This document shows positions 48,337 to 62,199 of a stretch of 64,000 bases of DNA, piece after piece. Source of the stretch: an uncultured delta proteobacterium. Its GTDB lineage: Bacteria; Myxococcota_A; Polyangia; Fen-1088. The stretch is from contig CAVWIP010000014.1 in the NCBI GenBank assembly GCA_963755125.1, positions 128,001 through 192,000 on the forward strand, written 5' to 3'. A program made the position numbers and the translations under genes. The notes beneath the pieces are model-generated. The model worked only from the letters and a program-made list of their open reading frames with translations, was not told the origin of the DNA and searched no databases. Position 1 is the first letter of the stretch. Each line of letters begins with the position of its first letter.

Positions 48337-49134
48337 ATGAACCGTTGTATTGTGTTTGTCGTATTTGCGTGCGTTGCGGGGCGCGTGCCCCTTGCGCGCG
48401 CGGAGGAAAAGCCCGACAAGATTGCTGACAAGAAGTCCAATGCCGAGGCTCGTCGCGCCTACGAGGATGGCACGAAGTTCTACAACCTTGGTGATTTCGA
48501 TCGCGCGATCTCGAACTACAAGAAGGCCTTCGAGATCAAACCCGAGCCGGTCTTTCTCTACAACATCGCCCAAGCCTATCGTCTGAAGGGCGATCTGCAG
48601 CAGGCCATGTTCTTCTACAAATCGTACCTGAGAACCTCGCCCGACGCTGACAACCGCGCCGAGGTCGAAGGACGTATCAAGGAGATGGATGCCCTGTTGG
48701 CCAAACAAAAGGCCACGATAGCCCAACCGCCCAACGACATCGTCGAGCCGTCTGGAAAGAAACCCAACGCGGCCAGCAAGTCGGATGCTGGACGCTTCGA
48801 TGGCGCATGGGATGTCGTCGTGGCGTGCCCTCCGCAGCAAGGCGCCCTTGGCTACAGCTTCGAATTTGTCTGCTACGTGAAGGAAGGCGTTCTTCACGGG
48901 CAGTATGGCACGGAGGGCGTAGCACCCTGTCTCACGCTCGACGGAAGAATCAACCCCGACGGAGAAGCCATCATCAGGGCGAACGGCCTGACCGGTGACC
49001 CGAGATACACCATAAATAACAACAAGAAAGGCGGGCCCTATTCATACAATATAGACGCAAGCTTCTCGGGTTCCCGAGGCACTGGCAAACGGATCGGCTA
49101 TCGTGTTTGCAATGTCACATTTGTGAAGCGGTGA
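48337..49134 (+). CDS. Exported TPR protein with a C-terminal beta domain
   Basis: Signal peptide; FLYNIAQAYR TPR; unrelated Cys-containing C-terminal domain. Confidence 0.75.
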   Translation: MNRCIVFVVFACVAGRVPLARAEEKPDKIADKKSNAEARRAYEDGTKFYNLGDFDRAISNYKKAFEIKPEPVFLYNIAQAYRLKGDLQQAMFFYKSYLRTSPDADNRAEVEGRIKEMDALLAKQKATIAQPPNDIVEPSGKKPNAASKSDAGRFDGAWDVVVACPPQQGALGYSFEFVCYVKEGVLHGQYGTEGVAPCLTLDGRINPDGEAIIRANGLTGDPRYTINNNKKGGPYSYNIDASFSGSRGTGKRIGYRVCNVTFVKR

Positions 49135-49161
49135 CCCCACGGCGAACCCGACGCCAACCGG

Positions 49162-50202
49162 TCAGACGGCCTCTCTGTAGTGAATCTCGCTCAATTCCCG
49201 CAGGCGATCCGCCGCCTGTTCGGGGGTCAGATCGCGCTGGGGCATGGCGAGCATTTCAAAGCCGACCAGGAACTTGCGCACGGCGGAACTGCGGAGCAGG
49301 GGAGGGAAGACGTGCATGTGAAGCTGGAAATCACCAGCGGCTTCCGTCTTGGGGGCTTGGTGAAAGCCCATGGAATAGGGGAAGCTGCACTGGAAGAGGT
49401 TGTCGTAGCGAATGGTCAAGCGCTTCAGCAGATCGGCAAGGGCGTCGATCTCTCCGTCGGTGAGATCCGTCAGACGTCCTGCGAGCCGGTGGGGCAGCAC
49501 CAGCGTCTCGAAGGGCCAGACAGCCCAATAGGGCACGAGCGCGGTGAAATGCTGGTTGGCGCAGACGATGCGCTCCTGCCGCTGCCGCTCCTGCACCAGA
49601 TAGTCCAGCAGGAGTGAGGAACCCTGGCGCTCGCGGTACGAGCGTTGATGCGCGAGTTCCTTGTCGACCTCGTTGGGCAGGTGTGAAGTGGCCCAGATCT
49701 GACTGTGGGGGTGAGGATTGGAGCAGCCCATCAGCTCGCCCTTGTTCTCGAAGACCTGGACATGGTTGACGGTGGGATCGGCCAGCAACAGGCGAGTCTG
49801 ATCCGTCCACGTGCGGATCACCGAGGCGATCTCTGGGACAGTCAGTTCTGGCAGGCTGAGATCATGGCGCGGGTGAAAGCACACCACCCGGCAGCGGCCT
49901 GGCTCTCCCTCGCTGCGGAACAGGGGACTCGACTCGCCGGGAAAAGCGGCAGCCTCGGGCAACAGCGCAGCGAAATCGTTGTCAAAGACAAACGTGCCCT
50001 GGTAGGCGGGATTTCGCTCGGACCCCGCGCGCATGTTGCCAGGACAGAGGTAGCAGTTGGGATCGTACCGGGGGCGCTGATTTTCGGGTAGGCGCTCCAC
50101 CTTCCCTTGCCACGGCCGCAGCAGGCGGTGCGGCGATACCAGCACCCATTCACCGGTGAGAGGATTGAAACGGCGGTGGGGATACTGACTGGGTTCCGTC
50201 AC
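49162..50202 (-). CDS. galT: Galactose-1-phosphate uridylyltransferase
   Basis: [25 protein letters not shown] and [14 protein letters not shown] overlap with galK. Confidence 0.95.
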   Translation of the reverse strand: MTEPSQYPHRRFNPLTGEWVLVSPHRLLRPWQGKVERLPENQRPRYDPNCYLCPGNMRAGSERNPAYQGTFVFDNDFAALLPEAAAFPGESSPLFRSEGEPGRCRVVCFHPRHDLSLPELTVPEIASVIRTWTDQTRLLLADPTVNHVQVFENKGELMGCSNPHPHSQIWATSHLPNEVDKELAHQRSYRERQGSSLLLDYLVQERQRQERIVCANQHFTALVPYWAVWPFETLVLPHRLAGRLTDLTDGEIDALADLLKRLTIRYDNLFQCSFPYSMGFHQAPKTEAAGDFQLHMHVFPPLLRSSAVRKFLVGFEMLAMPQRDLTPEQAADRLRELSEIHYREAV

Positions 50203-51377
50203 AGTCGTTCCGTTCCGCCATGGGGGGCGCACGCGTGGATCTTTGGGGTCTTGCCGATCTTGGCAAAGGCCGGAGCCATGCCTTCGACGAATGCCCTTCC
50301 CTGGCCAGCTTGCACGAGGTTGATGGTGCATCCTCCGAAGCCGGCGCCCATCATGCGCGCACCCAGCACGCCGGGAAGTGCGGCAGCGGCTTCCGCCAGC
50401 ACGTCGAGCTCGGGGCAACTCACTTCGTAATGCTTGGAAAGCCCCTGGTGGCTCGCATTCATCAGGCGACCGAAGGCCGGCAGATCCTCGCGCTCCAGGG
50501 CCTCGCAGCCGGCGATGACCCGCAAATTCTCCTCGATCACGTAACGGCAGCGACGGTAGACGACGGGATCGAAGTCCGCGCGATGGGCGTCCAGCAGGTC
50601 CAGACTCACGTCGCGAAGACTTTGGACATTCGGGGCATGTTCTTGCAACAACGCCACACCGGCTTCGCACTGGCTCCGGCGTTGGTTGTAGCCACTGTCG
50701 GCCAGGGCACGCTCCACCTGGGTGTCGCAGAGGAAGATCTTCACTGAGCGATGAAAGGGCACGAACCGGCAGGTGAAATTCTGGCAATCCAGCATCATCA
50801 CGTGATCCTTCTGGCTCATCAGGCTTGCCATCTGGTCCATTATGCCGCACTTGACGCCGACGAAGTTGTGCTCTGCCGCCTGAGACAGTTTGGCCATGGT
50901 CAGCCGGTCGAGACCCAGGCCAAACAACTCGTTCAGGGAAAAGGCGAAACCGCACTCCAGGGCGGCGCTGCTGCTCATGCCGGCGCCTATGGGAAGATCG
51001 CCGCCGTACACCAGTTCGAAGCCGCCCAGTGGATGTCCCGCCCTTTGCAGTTGATCCAGGACGCCCAGCAGATAGTTGGGCCAGCGCTCGGGATGGGGAG
51101 CCAATTGCCCAAGATCCCCTTCGAGCCGTCGACCGAGATCCAAAGCGTGCAGGACGTAGCGACGATCGGAACGGGCTTTGACTGCCAAGGCGATCCCGCG
51201 ATCCACCGCGGCGGGCAGCACGAAACCATGGTTGTAGTCGGTGTGCTCTCCGATGAGGTTCACCCGGCCGGGGGAGCGTACGACCACCGCTGGCTCGCCG
51301 AATTGCTGACGGAAGCTTGCGAGGACTGGAACGTGGAATTCCACGTGGTCAGTGAGGCCGAGGCCAAGATGTTGCAT
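50199..51377 (-). CDS. galK: Galactokinase
   Basis: [29 protein letters not shown] and GAGFGG. Confidence 0.95.
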   Translation of the reverse strand: MQHLGLGLTDHVEFHVPVLASFRQQFGEPAVVVRSPGRVNLIGEHTDYNHGFVLPAAVDRGIALAVKARSDRRYVLHALDLGRRLEGDLGQLAPHPERWPNYLLGVLDQLQRAGHPLGGFELVYGGDLPIGAGMSSSAALECGFAFSLNELFGLGLDRLTMAKLSQAAEHNFVGVKCGIMDQMASLMSQKDHVMMLDCQNFTCRFVPFHRSVKIFLCDTQVERALADSGYNQRRSQCEAGVALLQEHAPNVQSLRDVSLDLLDAHRADFDPVVYRRCRYVIEENLRVIAGCEALEREDLPAFGRLMNASHQGLSKHYEVSCPELDVLAEAAAALPGVLGARMMGAGFGGCTINLVQAGQGRAFVEGMAPAFAKIGKTPKIHACAPHGGTERL

Positions 51378-51550
51378 GGTTGGCTCAGGGAAAGGCCCTG
51401 AATAGCACGGGCTAGCGAGAGCGCCAAGGCGAGCGGGGCCTGTCCGACGGTCAGGGCGGCGCGTGCGTGGTCATCCGGCGCCAGGCTCGGCGTGGTTGGG
51501 CGGCAAGCCCTAATGGGCAAAGGGAGAAGGCGGGCGCGCGGCCCCGTCGT

Positions 51551-52729
51551 TCAGCGCAGCCCCGCCTTGATCGCGGCGGCAGCCTCGGGGATCGCGTACT
51601 TCTGGTTCCCCCAGCCGAAGATGTCGTAATGGGGGCCGGTGACCCACAGGACCGCGCTGCGGGCAGTGCGACCGTCGGATAGCGCCAGGTAGCGCAGCAG
51701 GCCCTCGTGGCCACGCGCGATCTGCAGCGCCAGGTCTTTTTCCTGCGAAGGCGTGGCATCCCCCGCCCACAGGTTGGGGTGGCGGAGGCCGCCGCGGCCG
51801 ATGCCGTACTCGCCGATGTGCAGGGGCGGGATCTCGGCGGGACGCAGGCCCAGGGCGCCGACCAGGATTTGCCGTCGGAAGTTCTTCTCGTGCAGCAACA
51901 GCGCCTGCGCGACCTCGTCGGCGCTGGGCAGGCGGATGCCGCGCTCGGCTGCCGGCATGGCCGCCGTGAGATCCATGTACTGGGACAGGGCAAGCGCGTC
52001 GAGGCCGCGGATGTAGCGCCTGAGCGCTGCTTTGCCGGCCGGGCTCATGCGTGCCACGAAGTCGTCGGGGATCTCGAAATGGTGGGTGAAGTTGTGTGAC
52101 AGCACGACGGACCTGTCGAGCCCGAGACGGTGCCGCTCCTGCTTAGCGGCGGCGAGCAGTTTCACCCAGCGCTCGGGCGTGTACACCATGGAGTTCATCA
52201 GCTCAGTGCCCAGTTCCAGGCGAACGGGCGCGGCAGGGGCGGCGCCCAGGTTGTCGATCGCCGCTTTCACCGCGCGTAGCGATGCGAACACGACGCCGGT
52301 CCGGTAGTCGTCGCTCATCGGGTCCACGTCGAAGAAGCCGCGCCAGGGACAGTTCACGCGCCAGCTATCGTTCTCCGACTGGAAGGGATCGAAGCCGGGA
52401 CGGTAGAGCAGTGGGTCCAGGTGTGGCTTCAACACCACCGCGAGCCCCATGCGCGTCGCGCTCTCGACCGCCTTGGCCAACTCGACGGCGTCCGGGCCCG
52501 TGTCCAGATCGATCTTGTTCAGTCCCGCATAGGCGTAGGCGGGCACGAACGAGACGATGCGGAAGCCGATCTCCTTGAACGTGGCCAGCTTGCGCTCGGC
52601 GTTGCCGAACTCTCCCCTCCAGCCGGCATACGTGACGCCGAGTGGGGCAGGCGTCGCCTGCGCCCTCGACGCGGCGATGGTTGCCAGGGATATCGTGACC
52701 AATGCGAAAAGCCGGCTGATCGAGTTCAT
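51551..52729 (-). CDS. Exported TIM-barrel glycoside hydrolase, GH113-like
   Basis: Signal peptide; VVLKPHLD, LGTEL (acid/base) and HIGEYG (nucleophile) in a clan GH-A pattern. Confidence 0.6.
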   Translation of the reverse strand: MNSISRLFALVTISLATIAASRAQATPAPLGVTYAGWRGEFGNAERKLATFKEIGFRIVSFVPAYAYAGLNKIDLDTGPDAVELAKAVESATRMGLAVVLKPHLDPLLYRPGFDPFQSENDSWRVNCPWRGFFDVDPMSDDYRTGVVFASLRAVKAAIDNLGAAPAAPVRLELGTELMNSMVYTPERWVKLLAAAKQERHRLGLDRSVVLSHNFTHHFEIPDDFVARMSPAGKAALRRYIRGLDALALSQYMDLTAAMPAAERGIRLPSADEVAQALLLHEKNFRRQILVGALGLRPAEIPPLHIGEYGIGRGGLRHPNLWAGDATPSQEKDLALQIARGHEGLLRYLALSDGRTARSAVLWVTGPHYDIFGWGNQKYAIPEAAAAIKAGLR

Positions 52730-52837
52730 GCGCGCAGCCTAGCACCACCGCATCCTAAGCGAGGAATCGAGGATCACCTAACCCCACGCCGGCGACGTGA
52801 GTCGGAAGGTCGACTCGCCACGTGGGCGCGGGGACTG

Positions 52838-53839
52838 CTACGGCAGTCCTGGCGTCAGCATGGGCACTTCGTACACAGCGTGCAGTGTGGTCACGTAGAG
52901 CGTGCGGCGATCGGCGCCGCCAAATGTGCAATTCGAAGGCGGCGCCGGAAAGGTGATGCGCCCGGCGAAGTGGCCGGCATCGTCGAGAACCACGATGGCG
53001 CTCACCTCGGTGCTGTTGTTGGCCACGTAAAGACGGCCGCGATCGTCGACGCAAAGGCCGTCGGGCACGTGTAATCGGGCTTGCGGATCGTCTTTGACGA
53101 CGCCAAACGGCTCAGGGCTGCCCACGGTTCCGTCCGTCGCCACCGGCAGTCGCCAGAGACGATCTTGGGCATCGCTGCCAACGTAGAGAGTATTTCCATC
53201 AGGAGAAAGCACGACCCCGTTGGGCATGTCGACCCGGAACGCCACCGACAGAGCACCGTCGGGCGCCAGGCGATAGACAGCTGTGGGCGCGTGGCTGCCC
53301 GGGCGGGCGCCCCAGGTCGTGTCGCTGAAGTAGATGTTGCCGTCTTCGCGAATCGTGAGGTCATTCGGCGCATTGAGCGGCCGGCCGTCGGGTACGCGTT
53401 CGGCGAGAACCTGGCGCTCGGGGCCGGAGATGCGCGCCAGAGCGCCGTTCCAGCGTTCGCACGCGACCAGGCGACCCTGGGCGTCCACCGCCAGTCCATT
53501 GGTGCTGGTCGGCGATGCTGGATAGGGGAGCGTCGAGAACGCACGGGTGCGCGGATCGAAACTATAAATTTTGGCGGCCGGGCCATTTTGCTCGACCACG
53601 TCGGAAAAGATCAGGGTGCCCTCGCTGGCAACCCAGAACGGCCCTTCGAGCGAGACGAAGGGGAGGTCGCTGGGTATGGCGCGCGCTGGGCCCGCGGTGA
53701 GCGAGGCTTGCTTTGCCTTCGTCTGTGCAGGCGGCGTGGAAGGAACAGTGGTTCCGCAGCCGAGAACGGAAAGAACGGCCGCAGCGAGGGCCGCCGCGCG
53801 GACGCTGGCGGAAAATGAGATGGTGTACACGCCTGCCAT
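52838..53839 (-). CDS. SMP-30/gluconolactonase-family lipoprotein
   Basis: VLGC lipobox; EGPFW, NGL, NAPND, PNGVVLSPDG, PDGLCVD and NCTFGG. Confidence 0.88.
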   Translation of the reverse strand: MAGVYTISFSASVRAAALAAAVLSVLGCGTTVPSTPPAQTKAKQASLTAGPARAIPSDLPFVSLEGPFWVASEGTLIFSDVVEQNGPAAKIYSFDPRTRAFSTLPYPASPTSTNGLAVDAQGRLVACERWNGALARISGPERQVLAERVPDGRPLNAPNDLTIREDGNIYFSDTTWGARPGSHAPTAVYRLAPDGALSVAFRVDMPNGVVLSPDGNTLYVGSDAQDRLWRLPVATDGTVGSPEPFGVVKDDPQARLHVPDGLCVDDRGRLYVANNSTEVSAIVVLDDAGHFAGRITFPAPPSNCTFGGADRRTLYVTTLHAVYEVPMLTPGLP

Positions 53840-54001
53840 GTACCACGGGCATGACATTGTGGGGAGTCTGGGCGTCGACGAAATCACTACGTGCCCGAAT
53901 TCGCGACGGGTTGACGTAATCTTCATGGTGAAATCAATGAAAGCGAGATGCGATATGAAGGAAAGTGGGCTTGTTCCTCCCTCCGCCCCAGGAGCGCTTC
54001 T

Positions 54002-55759
54002 ATGACCAAGGTGCTGGGCATCAACCCGGGGCATCACGCGAGCGTCGCCCTGTCGATAGACGGCCGAGTGGTCTTTGCCATCAACGAGGAGCGACTCCGC
54101 CAACAGAAGGCTTTTTGCGGCATACCGCGCATGGCCCTCGATCACTGTTACGAGAACTATCTGGCCAGGGCGGAGGTCGATTGCTTCGCGCTCAACTACA
54201 GAAGTTCCAGCGGCCTTCTCGACCTGTGGCAGACGATGGACTCGTGCGAGAGCGAAGGCGGGCCGCCTCGACGCCTGGGGGCCAAGGATCTGGCGATCAG
54301 ACTGGTGAGAGAGGTCGGCTGTTTGACGCCCCCAGAATCGCTGCGGAAGAGGCTTGAGTATCCGCTGTCGCGCACCATGGACCTCCTGCGAATGTACTGT
54401 GCCCGAAAATTGGATGTTCCTTGGCAAAAGCTGGCTCTCTTCGACCACCATCTGTGCCACGCTCGCTCGGCGTCGTTTTCTCTCTCAAGCGAGCGCGACT
54501 GGCTTGTCTTCACGGCCGATGGGGAAGGTGACCTGGAGTGTGCGACGGTCTACAGGAAAGCTCGCGGCGAACCAGGCCTTAGCAAACTCACGGCAATACA
54601 CAGGGACCATTCGCTTGGCTTCTTCTTCATGCTCATCACGAAGGTCCTGGGGATGTCGCCCAACTTGCACGAGTACAAAGTCATGGGGCTCGAACCCTAC
54701 GCGCGCAAGAACACGAACGAGTACCAGCGCGCCTTCGCGAAGCTCTCGTCGCTGTTCTACTTCGAGGGGCGCGACTTTCGCGCCAGGATCAAGATGCACT
54801 CGAAGCAACACCTCGCGTGGTTGTACCGTGAGTTGCGGGACGAGCGCTTCGACTACGTCGCTGCAGCCGCGCAGAAGACGCTAGAGAGGGTCGTGCTCCG
54901 CTGGGTGGGCAACTGGATCCGCGAAACCGGGATCTGCAACGTAGCCGTGGCGGGTGGCGTCTTCATGAATGTGAAGTTGAACCAGCGACTCTATGACCTC
55001 CAGGACATCACCGACATCTATGTGGTTCCCTCGGCAGGCGACGAGACCACCGTGCTGGGCGCGTGCAATCAGGCCAACCTCGACGCCACGGGAAACGAGC
55101 TGGTGCCTCTCGAACACCTGTACCTTGGAAACGAATGCGCCGAAGTCCGAGTCAGAGAGTTCGTCGAAAAGGAAGTGGACCAGCGCCGATACGACGTTCG
55201 CCACCTGGGAGACAGGATCGAAGAGAGGGTGGCGGAGCTGTTGTCAGAGGGGACGATCGTCGGCAGGTTCGCGGGCAGGATGGAGTTCGGTGCGCGCGCT
55301 CTCGGGAATCGATCAATATTGGCGCATCCCAAACACCCCGGGAACGTCCGAAAACTGAACGAGATGATAAAGGACCGAGATTTCTGGATGCCATTCACGC
55401 CGTCAGTCCTGGAGGAGGACGCGGATCGCTACATCAAGAACCCCAGAAGAATGCTGGCGCCGTACATGGCGATCACCTTTGACACCACCGACGAAGGCAA
55501 GGCGCAGTTCATCGCCGCGATCCACCCCTATGACGAGACCATGCGCATTCAGATGGTGTCCAGAGAGAAGAACCCCAGATATCACGAACTGATTCGGCAC
55601 TTCAAGGAACGCACCGGGGTTGGCGGACTTCTCAATACATCATTCAACCTGCACGGCAGGCCGATCGTCTGTGCCCCGGCCGATTGTCTGTTCACGCTCG
55701 AAAACTCGGGGCTGACGCACCTTGCGCTCGACGGCTACCTTGTGACGAAGAGGCTTTGA
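54002..55759 (+). CDS. O-carbamoyltransferase (NodU/CmcH/TobZ family)
   Basis: HHAS, EERL, HHLCHA, DGEGD, EYKVMG, EFGARALGNRS and LNTSFNLHG. Confidence 0.92.
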   Translation: MTKVLGINPGHHASVALSIDGRVVFAINEERLRQQKAFCGIPRMALDHCYENYLARAEVDCFALNYRSSSGLLDLWQTMDSCESEGGPPRRLGAKDLAIRLVREVGCLTPPESLRKRLEYPLSRTMDLLRMYCARKLDVPWQKLALFDHHLCHARSASFSLSSERDWLVFTADGEGDLECATVYRKARGEPGLSKLTAIHRDHSLGFFFMLITKVLGMSPNLHEYKVMGLEPYARKNTNEYQRAFAKLSSLFYFEGRDFRARIKMHSKQHLAWLYRELRDERFDYVAAAAQKTLERVVLRWVGNWIRETGICNVAVAGGVFMNVKLNQRLYDLQDITDIYVVPSAGDETTVLGACNQANLDATGNELVPLEHLYLGNECAEVRVREFVEKEVDQRRYDVRHLGDRIEERVAELLSEGTIVGRFAGRMEFGARALGNRSILAHPKHPGNVRKLNEMIKDRDFWMPFTPSVLEEDADRYIKNPRRMLAPYMAITFDTTDEGKAQFIAAIHPYDETMRIQMVSREKNPRYHELIRHFKERTGVGGLLNTSFNLHGRPIVCAPADCLFTLENSGLTHLALDGYLVTKRL

Positions 55760-55828
55760 GTCGCAGGAGATCGCTGCGGCCGGGCATTGAGGAACGCGGG
55801 CTTGTCTCTCTCGCTGCCTGGCCGCCGG

Positions 55829-58960
<3,132 letters not shown>

Positions 58961-58962
58961 GG

Positions 58963-59931
58963 CTAGTCCCCTGGCAGCCGCACGTGCTTCTTGACCTTGA
59001 TCTTGCCAGTGTCAGTTGTCGTGAAAGCGGGGGCGCCGCCTGGCCGCAATGTGACCTCGGCGTACAGGCCGGAGCGCAGGTTGTGGTCGGGGTTGGGGAT
59101 CTCCACGATGGCGGAGAAGGTGCGGGTGTGCGGATCGGACGCGGAAACCACGCGGGTCAGGCGCAGGTGCAGTTCCTGGCCGGTGGCCGGCAGGCGCACG
59201 TGCACGGGGGTGCCCACCACCACCTGGGCCATGTCGGTCGATGGCACCTGGATGCGCAGGTCCACCGGATCGATCTCCTCGATGCTGACCAGGGGAGTGG
59301 CCGGCATGACCGAGGCATATTCGCCCTCGTTGACGAAGCGCTTGACGATGAGCCCGTCAAAGGGTGCGCGCACCACCGAGTCGTGCAGGGCCTTTTGGCC
59401 CATGGCCACCGCGATTTCGGCCGCAGCCAGGCCGGCCTTGGCGCCCTTGTAGCGCGCGTCCACCAGGTCGAACTGGCTCTGGGGAACGGCCTTTTCCGCC
59501 AGCAAAGCCCTGACCCGATCCCAGTCCAGCTTGGCGGAGTCGAGCTGGACCTTGGCACCGTCGCGCGCGGCCTCGGCCTGCTGCAGGCGCAGGAGAAAGT
59601 CGCGCGTGTCGAGCGTCACCAGGGGTTGGTTCTGCTTGACGATGTCGCCCTCGCGCACGTGTACGCGCGTGACCGCGCTCGACACCTTGGGCGTCAGCGT
59701 GCTCTTGCGGTGGGCCTCGGTCGTGCCCGACAGGAACGGGCTGGCGCTTCCGGCCGATGCCGCCGATGGATCAGCGGCTGGCGCCGGCGCAGGAGCGGGC
59801 GGCGTCGGGACGGGCGCCGGGGTTGCAGCCGGTGCCGCCTTGGTCTGCGGCAGACGAGCAACCTCCGAGCCACGTTCGCAGGATACGATGGCGAGGAGGA
59901 AGAGCGGGACGAAAACTGGGCGAGCCGTCAT
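58963..59931 (-). CDS. RND periplasmic adaptor (MFP) lipoprotein; alternative start 59985
   Basis: IVSC lipobox; VREGDIVK, RAPFDG and TRTF. Confidence 0.88.
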   Translation of the reverse strand: MTARPVFVPLFLLAIVSCERGSEVARLPQTKAAPAATPAPVPTPPAPAPAPAADPSAASAGSASPFLSGTTEAHRKSTLTPKVSSAVTRVHVREGDIVKQNQPLVTLDTRDFLLRLQQAEAARDGAKVQLDSAKLDWDRVRALLAEKAVPQSQFDLVDARYKGAKAGLAAAEIAVAMGQKALHDSVVRAPFDGLIVKRFVNEGEYASVMPATPLVSIEEIDPVDLRIQVPSTDMAQVVVGTPVHVRLPATGQELHLRLTRVVSASDPHTRTFSAIVEIPNPDHNLRSGLYAEVTLRPGGAPAFTTTDTGKIKVKKHVRLPGD

Positions 59932-59981
59932 GATGGACCTCGGTGGCGTGGTTGACTGTGCGTGGCCGGAAGCTTTGCAAC

Positions 59982-61406
59982 TCATAGTGGGCGGCCTGGG
60001 ATTTCCTGGCCCATGGCGCGGGCCAGGTTGGACTGGGCGATGAGGTAGTCATAGGTAGCGGCCTGAAGCTGGCCGCGGGCGGTGGTGAGCTGGTTTTCCG
60101 CGTCGAGCACGTCGAACGACGTGTTGTCCGTGCTTTCGTAGCGTTTCTGTTCGATGCGGAAGTTTTCCTCGGCCTGCTCGACGGCGTGTCTGGCCACGTC
60201 CAGGGCCTGGGCCGCGGTGGTCGTGTTGACGTGCGCGCTGCGGGTTTCCAAGCGAATCATGTCCTCGGCCTTGCGCCGGGCGGACAGGGCCTGGGCCAGG
60301 CGCGCCTTGGCTTCGTCGATGCCGTAGTAGGTGCCGCCGCCTTCCCAGATGTCCCAGGACGCGGTGGCGCCGATGAACCAGATGTCCTGCTTCGGGGCAA
60401 ACATCGTCGCCGGTGACGAGTGGGTGTAGTTGGCCACGGCGTTCACCTGGGGCAGCATCTTCGACTTGGCCAGGCTCTCGGCCGCGCGGGCCTGAGCGGT
60501 CTGTGCTGCGATCTCCTTGATCTCCAGTCGCTCGGCCACCGCGCGATCCTCGGCCTGCGCAGCTGGAATGACAGGCGCGACGGTCACGTCGGCGATGGAA
60601 TCCGCTGGTTCGATGGCAGCGTCGGGTGGCAGGCCCATCAAGGTCGCCAGGCGGCCGCGCGCCAGCACCACGGCACCGTTAGCCTGGATCAGGCGCTGCT
60701 GGGCCGCGGCCAGACCTAGTTCGGCGCGCAACACATCGTTGCGGCCCACGGTTCCCGCCCGGTAGAAGGATTGTGCGCGCTTGACCTGGGCGTCGATGTT
60801 CTCGACGGATTTCTGCGCCACATCGGCCAGGCGCATGGCCTGCAGCACCCGGTAGTAGGCCTCGGTCACCTGGAAGGCGACGTCGCGGCGGGCGGCCTTG
60901 CGCTGCAGCCCGGCCAGGTCCACGCCCATCTTGCGCAGGGCATAGCCTTCATTGATCGTCCACAGCGAGGCAATCGGCTGGGCGAGTGTGATCGACGTGG
61001 ACCAGGTGGTCTGCGCGCGGAGTTGAATGGGCTGGACGTAGGGGGCGAGGTCGGGGTGGTCTTTCACGAGTTGATTCGGGTCGCTGGCCAGCGGCTGCAG
61101 CTTGTTCTGAGTCAGAGCATCGTTGACGAACGGAATCATCAACCCCGCGAAGCTTGCGGTCAGCGGGCTGTCCCAGCGCTGGATGCCCGCGTCCAGGTGC
61201 AGTCGCGGCCCGAATGCGCCGCGCGCGCTCTTGCTCTGGGCGGTGGTGGCTTCCACTTCCAGGTTGGCGCTGGTGATGTCGGGATTGCCCTGCAGAGCCA
61301 CGTCGATGCACTTGGCCAGGGTCATTGGTTCAGCCGCTACGATCCGGGCAGCCAGCAGCGAAATCGCCAGCGTCGCAAGCTCGATCTTGGTGAAGGTGGC
61401 ACTCAT
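59982..61406 (-). CDS. TolC-family outer-membrane efflux protein
   Basis: Signal peptide; duplicated OEP halves (EAYYRVL, DVLRAE, DVLDAE). Confidence 0.9.
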   Translation of the reverse strand: MSATFTKIELATLAISLLAARIVAAEPMTLAKCIDVALQGNPDITSANLEVEATTAQSKSARGAFGPRLHLDAGIQRWDSPLTASFAGLMIPFVNDALTQNKLQPLASDPNQLVKDHPDLAPYVQPIQLRAQTTWSTSITLAQPIASLWTINEGYALRKMGVDLAGLQRKAARRDVAFQVTEAYYRVLQAMRLADVAQKSVENIDAQVKRAQSFYRAGTVGRNDVLRAELGLAAAQQRLIQANGAVVLARGRLATLMGLPPDAAIEPADSIADVTVAPVIPAAQAEDRAVAERLEIKEIAAQTAQARAAESLAKSKMLPQVNAVANYTHSSPATMFAPKQDIWFIGATASWDIWEGGGTYYGIDEAKARLAQALSARRKAEDMIRLETRSAHVNTTTAAQALDVARHAVEQAEENFRIEQKRYESTDNTSFDVLDAENQLTTARGQLQAATYDYLIAQSNLARAMGQEIPGRPL

Positions 61407-62038
61407 CTCTTTTTCGCTCCAGCTTTGGGATTTCCAGACACGCCATGGAAAAAGAAGTCGCGCAGCAGCGGCGCGCGGTCGGCCAGGCTGCCCTGCGCCT
61501 TGGCCACCCAGCCGTGCAAGAGGCCGAACACCATCCCGACCAGTAGGCGCGCCACCACCTCCGGATCGTAGCCGCCAATCTCTTCAGGCTTGGCGTTCTT
61601 CTTCAGCCAGTCAGCCAGGCCGAAAATGCGACGTTCAAAGTTATCATGAAAGGTTTGACCGTGGCTGCCGTCCGGGCAATGGCCGCTGGCAGCCTCCGCA
61701 GTGTGGAAGCTGAGAAACAGCGCGCGCCGTTTTTCGATCAACTCCAGGTGTCGCACCGTCATGATCTCGAAGCGCTGGTAGAAGGCCAGGTTGCTGGGCA
61801 GAGGTTGTTCGAACACCTGGAGAAACTCGGCGGTCAGCAGGTCCATCACGGCCTCGACGATTTCCTGCTTGCTGCGAAAGTAGGTGTAAAGCGACGCCGC
61901 CGTGTAGCCAGCCTCGTGCGCGATGTCCTGCATGGTGGCGTCGTGCACGCCGATTTCTACGAAGGCCCGACTGGCGGCCTCCACGATGTCCTCGCGGGTT
62001 CGCGCGATCTCTCGTTCACGTCTTTGGGGCGCTTTCAT
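61403..62038 (-). CDS. TetR/AcrR-family regulator
   Basis: ATMQDIAHEAGYTAASLYTYFRSK HTH. Confidence 0.92.
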   Translation of the reverse strand: MKAPQRREREIARTREDIVEAASRAFVEIGVHDATMQDIAHEAGYTAASLYTYFRSKQEIVEAVMDLLTAEFLQVFEQPLPSNLAFYQRFEIMTVRHLELIEKRRALFLSFHTAEAASGHCPDGSHGQTFHDNFERRIFGLADWLKKNAKPEEIGGYDPEVVARLLVGMVFGLLHGWVAKAQGSLADRAPLLRDFFFHGVSGNPKAGAKKR

Positions 62039-62073
62039 GTTGAACCCTTGCTTCCTGAAGAAAACATAGATTC

Positions 62074-62108
62074 AGTGTGCCGAATGGTCATTCGACTGTC
62101 AATGTCAA
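62074..62108 (-). promoter_or_regulatory. Sigma70 promoter of the efflux operon, with a palindromic operator in the spacer
   Basis: TTGACA (62102-62097), 17 nt, CACACT (62079-62074); IR CGAATG-GT-CATTCG at 62081-62094; a second TTGACA at 62108-62103. Confidence 0.7.
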
Positions 62109-62199
62109 TTATTCGGTGTCCTGAAGAGTTGTTCAAAGAAGGCCGCGCCCGCAAGACCGCGGCCGAAGTTGTAGAGTACCTGCCGTCACAAACGTTGCC

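Noticed and set aside
42763..50955. Long N-terminal extensions on GT2 (737 aa) and GalT (597 aa), and the 795-aa ORF at 45280-47667
   Set aside because: These are off-frame or antisense overlaps of real neighbours in GC-rich DNA; coupled starts at 43912 and 50202 fit better.
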